NCBI GenBank assembly: GCA_031261805.1
Contig: JAISIX010000059.1
Location: 1 to 59,159 of the forward strand
From: Mediterranea sp.
Lineage (GTDB): Bacteria > Bacteroidota > Bacteroidia > Bacteroidales > Bacteroidaceae
Direction of reading: 5' to 3'
DNA: 59,159 bases
A program made the translations under genes and the position numbers. Under the pieces are notes generated by a model. That model was not told where the DNA came from and did not search any database. It worked only from the letters and a program-made list of their open reading frames with translations. Below, piece by piece: positions 57,581 through 59,159 of this stretch. How positions within the stretch are numbered: position 1 is the first letter of the stretch; the number at the start of each line of letters is the position of its first letter.

Positions 57581-57594
57581 TTTCTTTTAAACTT

Positions 57595-58176
57595 TTAATT
57601 ATTATCTAATATTTTCTTCAATTCATTCCAACGCGGATCCATTTGTTCGGTACCCTCGTCGGCATCCATCTCCATGCCGCCTCCCATGTCAAAGCCATCA
57701 TCTCCTTCATCCTCATTCGCATTCGTCTTCAGATGTTTGCTCAACTTGCCGGTCATGGCTTTGTTGCACTTGCCCGGGGCATGCACATGCTTCATGGGGA
57801 TGGAAAGGGCTATGAACTCATACATAAACCAAGCCACGTTGATAGCTCCTTCCGCCTCAGGAATCACGATAAGGTTATCTTTCTCCTCAGCGTATTCACG
57901 TCCAAACTTCACTCTCAACTTATCTGTCGAGGTGACAGACAGTTCCATATCGTCCAAGCATCGGTCACAGGGTACATATACTATGCCTTCTGTCTGAAAG
58001 TTCAGTTCAAAAGCACCAGCTGTACGCTTCACGTTCAATGTGACGTTCACTTTGCCCCGTTGTACCTCGGGACCATCAATATGTGTGAAATAAAGGTTAT
58101 CCAGCACAAACTCGTACGTAGCCGAATCTGCCTGCATTCCTTTTAGGTCAATATTATATGCGTCAAACTTTCCCAA
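57595..58176 (-). CDS. yceD: DUF177/YceD family protein
   Basis: PCDRCL, DPRWNELKK; conserved position upstream of rpmF. Confidence 0.9.
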   Translation of the reverse strand: MGKFDAYNIDLKGMQADSATYEFVLDNLYFTHIDGPEVQRGKVNVTLNVKRTAGAFELNFQTEGIVYVPCDRCLDDMELSVTSTDKLRVKFGREYAEEKDNLIVIPEAEGAINVAWFMYEFIALSIPMKHVHAPGKCNKAMTGKLSKHLKTNANEDEGDDGFDMGGGMEMDADEGTEQMDPRWNELKKILDNN

Positions 58177-58313
58177 AGCTTTTCCTTTCTAAACGTTAGG
58201 TTACAATTCGGGCGACAAAGATACAAATAAATATCCTCACCGCATACTGTTTGCTTGCAAATATTCAGTAAATAGGTTCATGTTAGGTTGTTTTAGGAGA
58301 ATATTGGAGAAGG

Positions 58314-58736
58314 TCACTTCCTATTGAATATCAAGTCTAATCCTTGTTGACGGTAGTATTCAAAGCGGCGGTCGCTCGAGATAAGCGGCAAGTGTTCTGT
58401 CATGGCATGAGCAATTATAACATGGTCCGATGGATCTTTATGACCATCAGCCTCATTCACTCGCAGACACGAATAGGTTATCAAATGCTCCTCCCTCAGA
58501 GGAAGTATCTTGATGAAGTAATCCTTCTCTATGGAGCGAACCAATTCTTCGGCCGACTTCCATAACTTTGACCCCAATCTTTTATTGCGATAAAGGAGTA
58601 TCAACTCACGAATAGACTCCACACTCATATACAACTGCGTATCCCATTCATCCAATATAGCCAACACATCTCTACTCAGTGAATCTCTGTCCATTGCTAC
58701 ATAGACAAAGATGTTTGTGTCGATAAGATACCGCAT
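58314..58736 (-). CDS. PIN-domain (VapC-like) toxin
   Basis: YLIDTNIF, SVESIRE, HKDPSDHVIIAHA, LISSDRRF. Confidence 0.9.
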   Translation of the reverse strand: MRYLIDTNIFVYVAMDRDSLSRDVLAILDEWDTQLYMSVESIRELILLYRNKRLGSKLWKSAEELVRSIEKDYFIKILPLREEHLITYSCLRVNEADGHKDPSDHVIIAHAMTEHLPLISSDRRFEYYRQQGLDLIFNRK

Positions 58737-58738
58737 AA

Positions 58739-58915
58739 TCAATGATCAAATTCAAAGATAGATGGATCGTACACCACCAAATGCCCCTGTAAGCGCATAG
58801 CAGCTTCAAGAGTTTTACTGATTCCTTTCTTCTTTGCCGCCCTTGCCACACTTCTGGCAAAAGCTCTTTCTTCTTTCGTTGCCCTTGTGGCGGGCTTTTC
58901 TTTTGTTGTCTTCAT
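58739..58915 (-). CDS. 58-aa ORF absent from the ORF track; putative antitoxin
   Basis: Hand translation: MKTTKEKPATRATKEERAFARSVARAAKKKGISKTLEAAMRLQGHLVVYDPSIFEFDH*. Its stop lies 2 nt before the PIN ATG. Confidence 0.65.
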   Translation of the reverse strand: MKTTKEKPATRATKEERAFARSVARAAKKKGISKTLEAAMRLQGHLVVYDPSIFEFDH

Positions 58916-59053
58916 CACGTCTATGTTTTAGGGGTTAATACAAATACAAAGATAAGACTTTATGCCGAATATCCATACCCCACATCGCAGAAAGCAAGGA
59001 GGGAGGTTATACCGGCTGCGAGCTGACTATCCCTATACCCCCAAACGCAAGAA

Positions 59054-59087
59054 GCCCCGCCCGCGGATTTGACTCCACAGGCGGGGC
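59054..59087 (-). terminator. rRNA operon terminator hairpin
   Basis: gccccgcc...ggcggggc stem directly downstream of the 5S rRNA. Confidence 0.65.
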
Positions 59088-59097
59088 GTTCCCTAAA

Positions 59098-59159
59098 GAC
59101 GGCGGCTACCTACTCTCCCACTGTTACGCAGTACCATCGGCGTGGCGGGGCTTAACTTC
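59098..59159 (-). rRNA. rrf: 5S rRNA, 3' portion (truncated at window edge)
   Basis: ggcggctacctactctccc...gcagtaccatcggcg...ggcttaacttc is the reverse complement of conserved 5S sequence. Confidence 0.95.

Noticed and set aside
58672-58860. 62-aa track ORF as the antitoxin
   Set aside because: It has a non-ATG start and overlaps the PIN gene by about 65 nt. The alternative frame 58739-58915 has an ATG start and clean coupling.

Overview
Chromosomal window from a GC-rich Bacteroidales (Bacteroides-like) genome, judged from TTTG-N19-TAnnTTTG promoters, a SusC/SusD locus, a hybrid two-component system and gene order. Housekeeping blocks: amidase-mlaD-dnaA, nitroreductase, class II RNR nrdJ, GT2-mntP-apbE, mlaF/mlaE/lptB, der, era, fabH, rpmF, yceD and the 3' end of a 5S rRNA. 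There is also an alpha-mannan/mannoside PUL (GntR, PMI, ROK, SusC/D/E, GH76, GH92, MFS) plus a second GH92 and an HTCS. The best candidate for an undescribed system is 1-11222: a 5'-truncated zincin-motif protein with a low-GC, probably exchanged REase-like C-terminus, a coupled low-GC immunity-like gene, a 1.5-kaa secreted beta-rich protein, a triple-PKD lipoprotein and an outer-membrane beta-barrel, together resembling a polymorphic toxin with its own export/display apparatus. Other signals: an orphan TssD(Hcp)-effector fusion with a partner gene, two paralogous sRNA genes 40 kb apart, two related 23-bp tandem arrays, two related long hairpins and an unannotated 58-aa ORF in front of a PIN toxin. 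All family calls come from motif recognition only; no searches were run.
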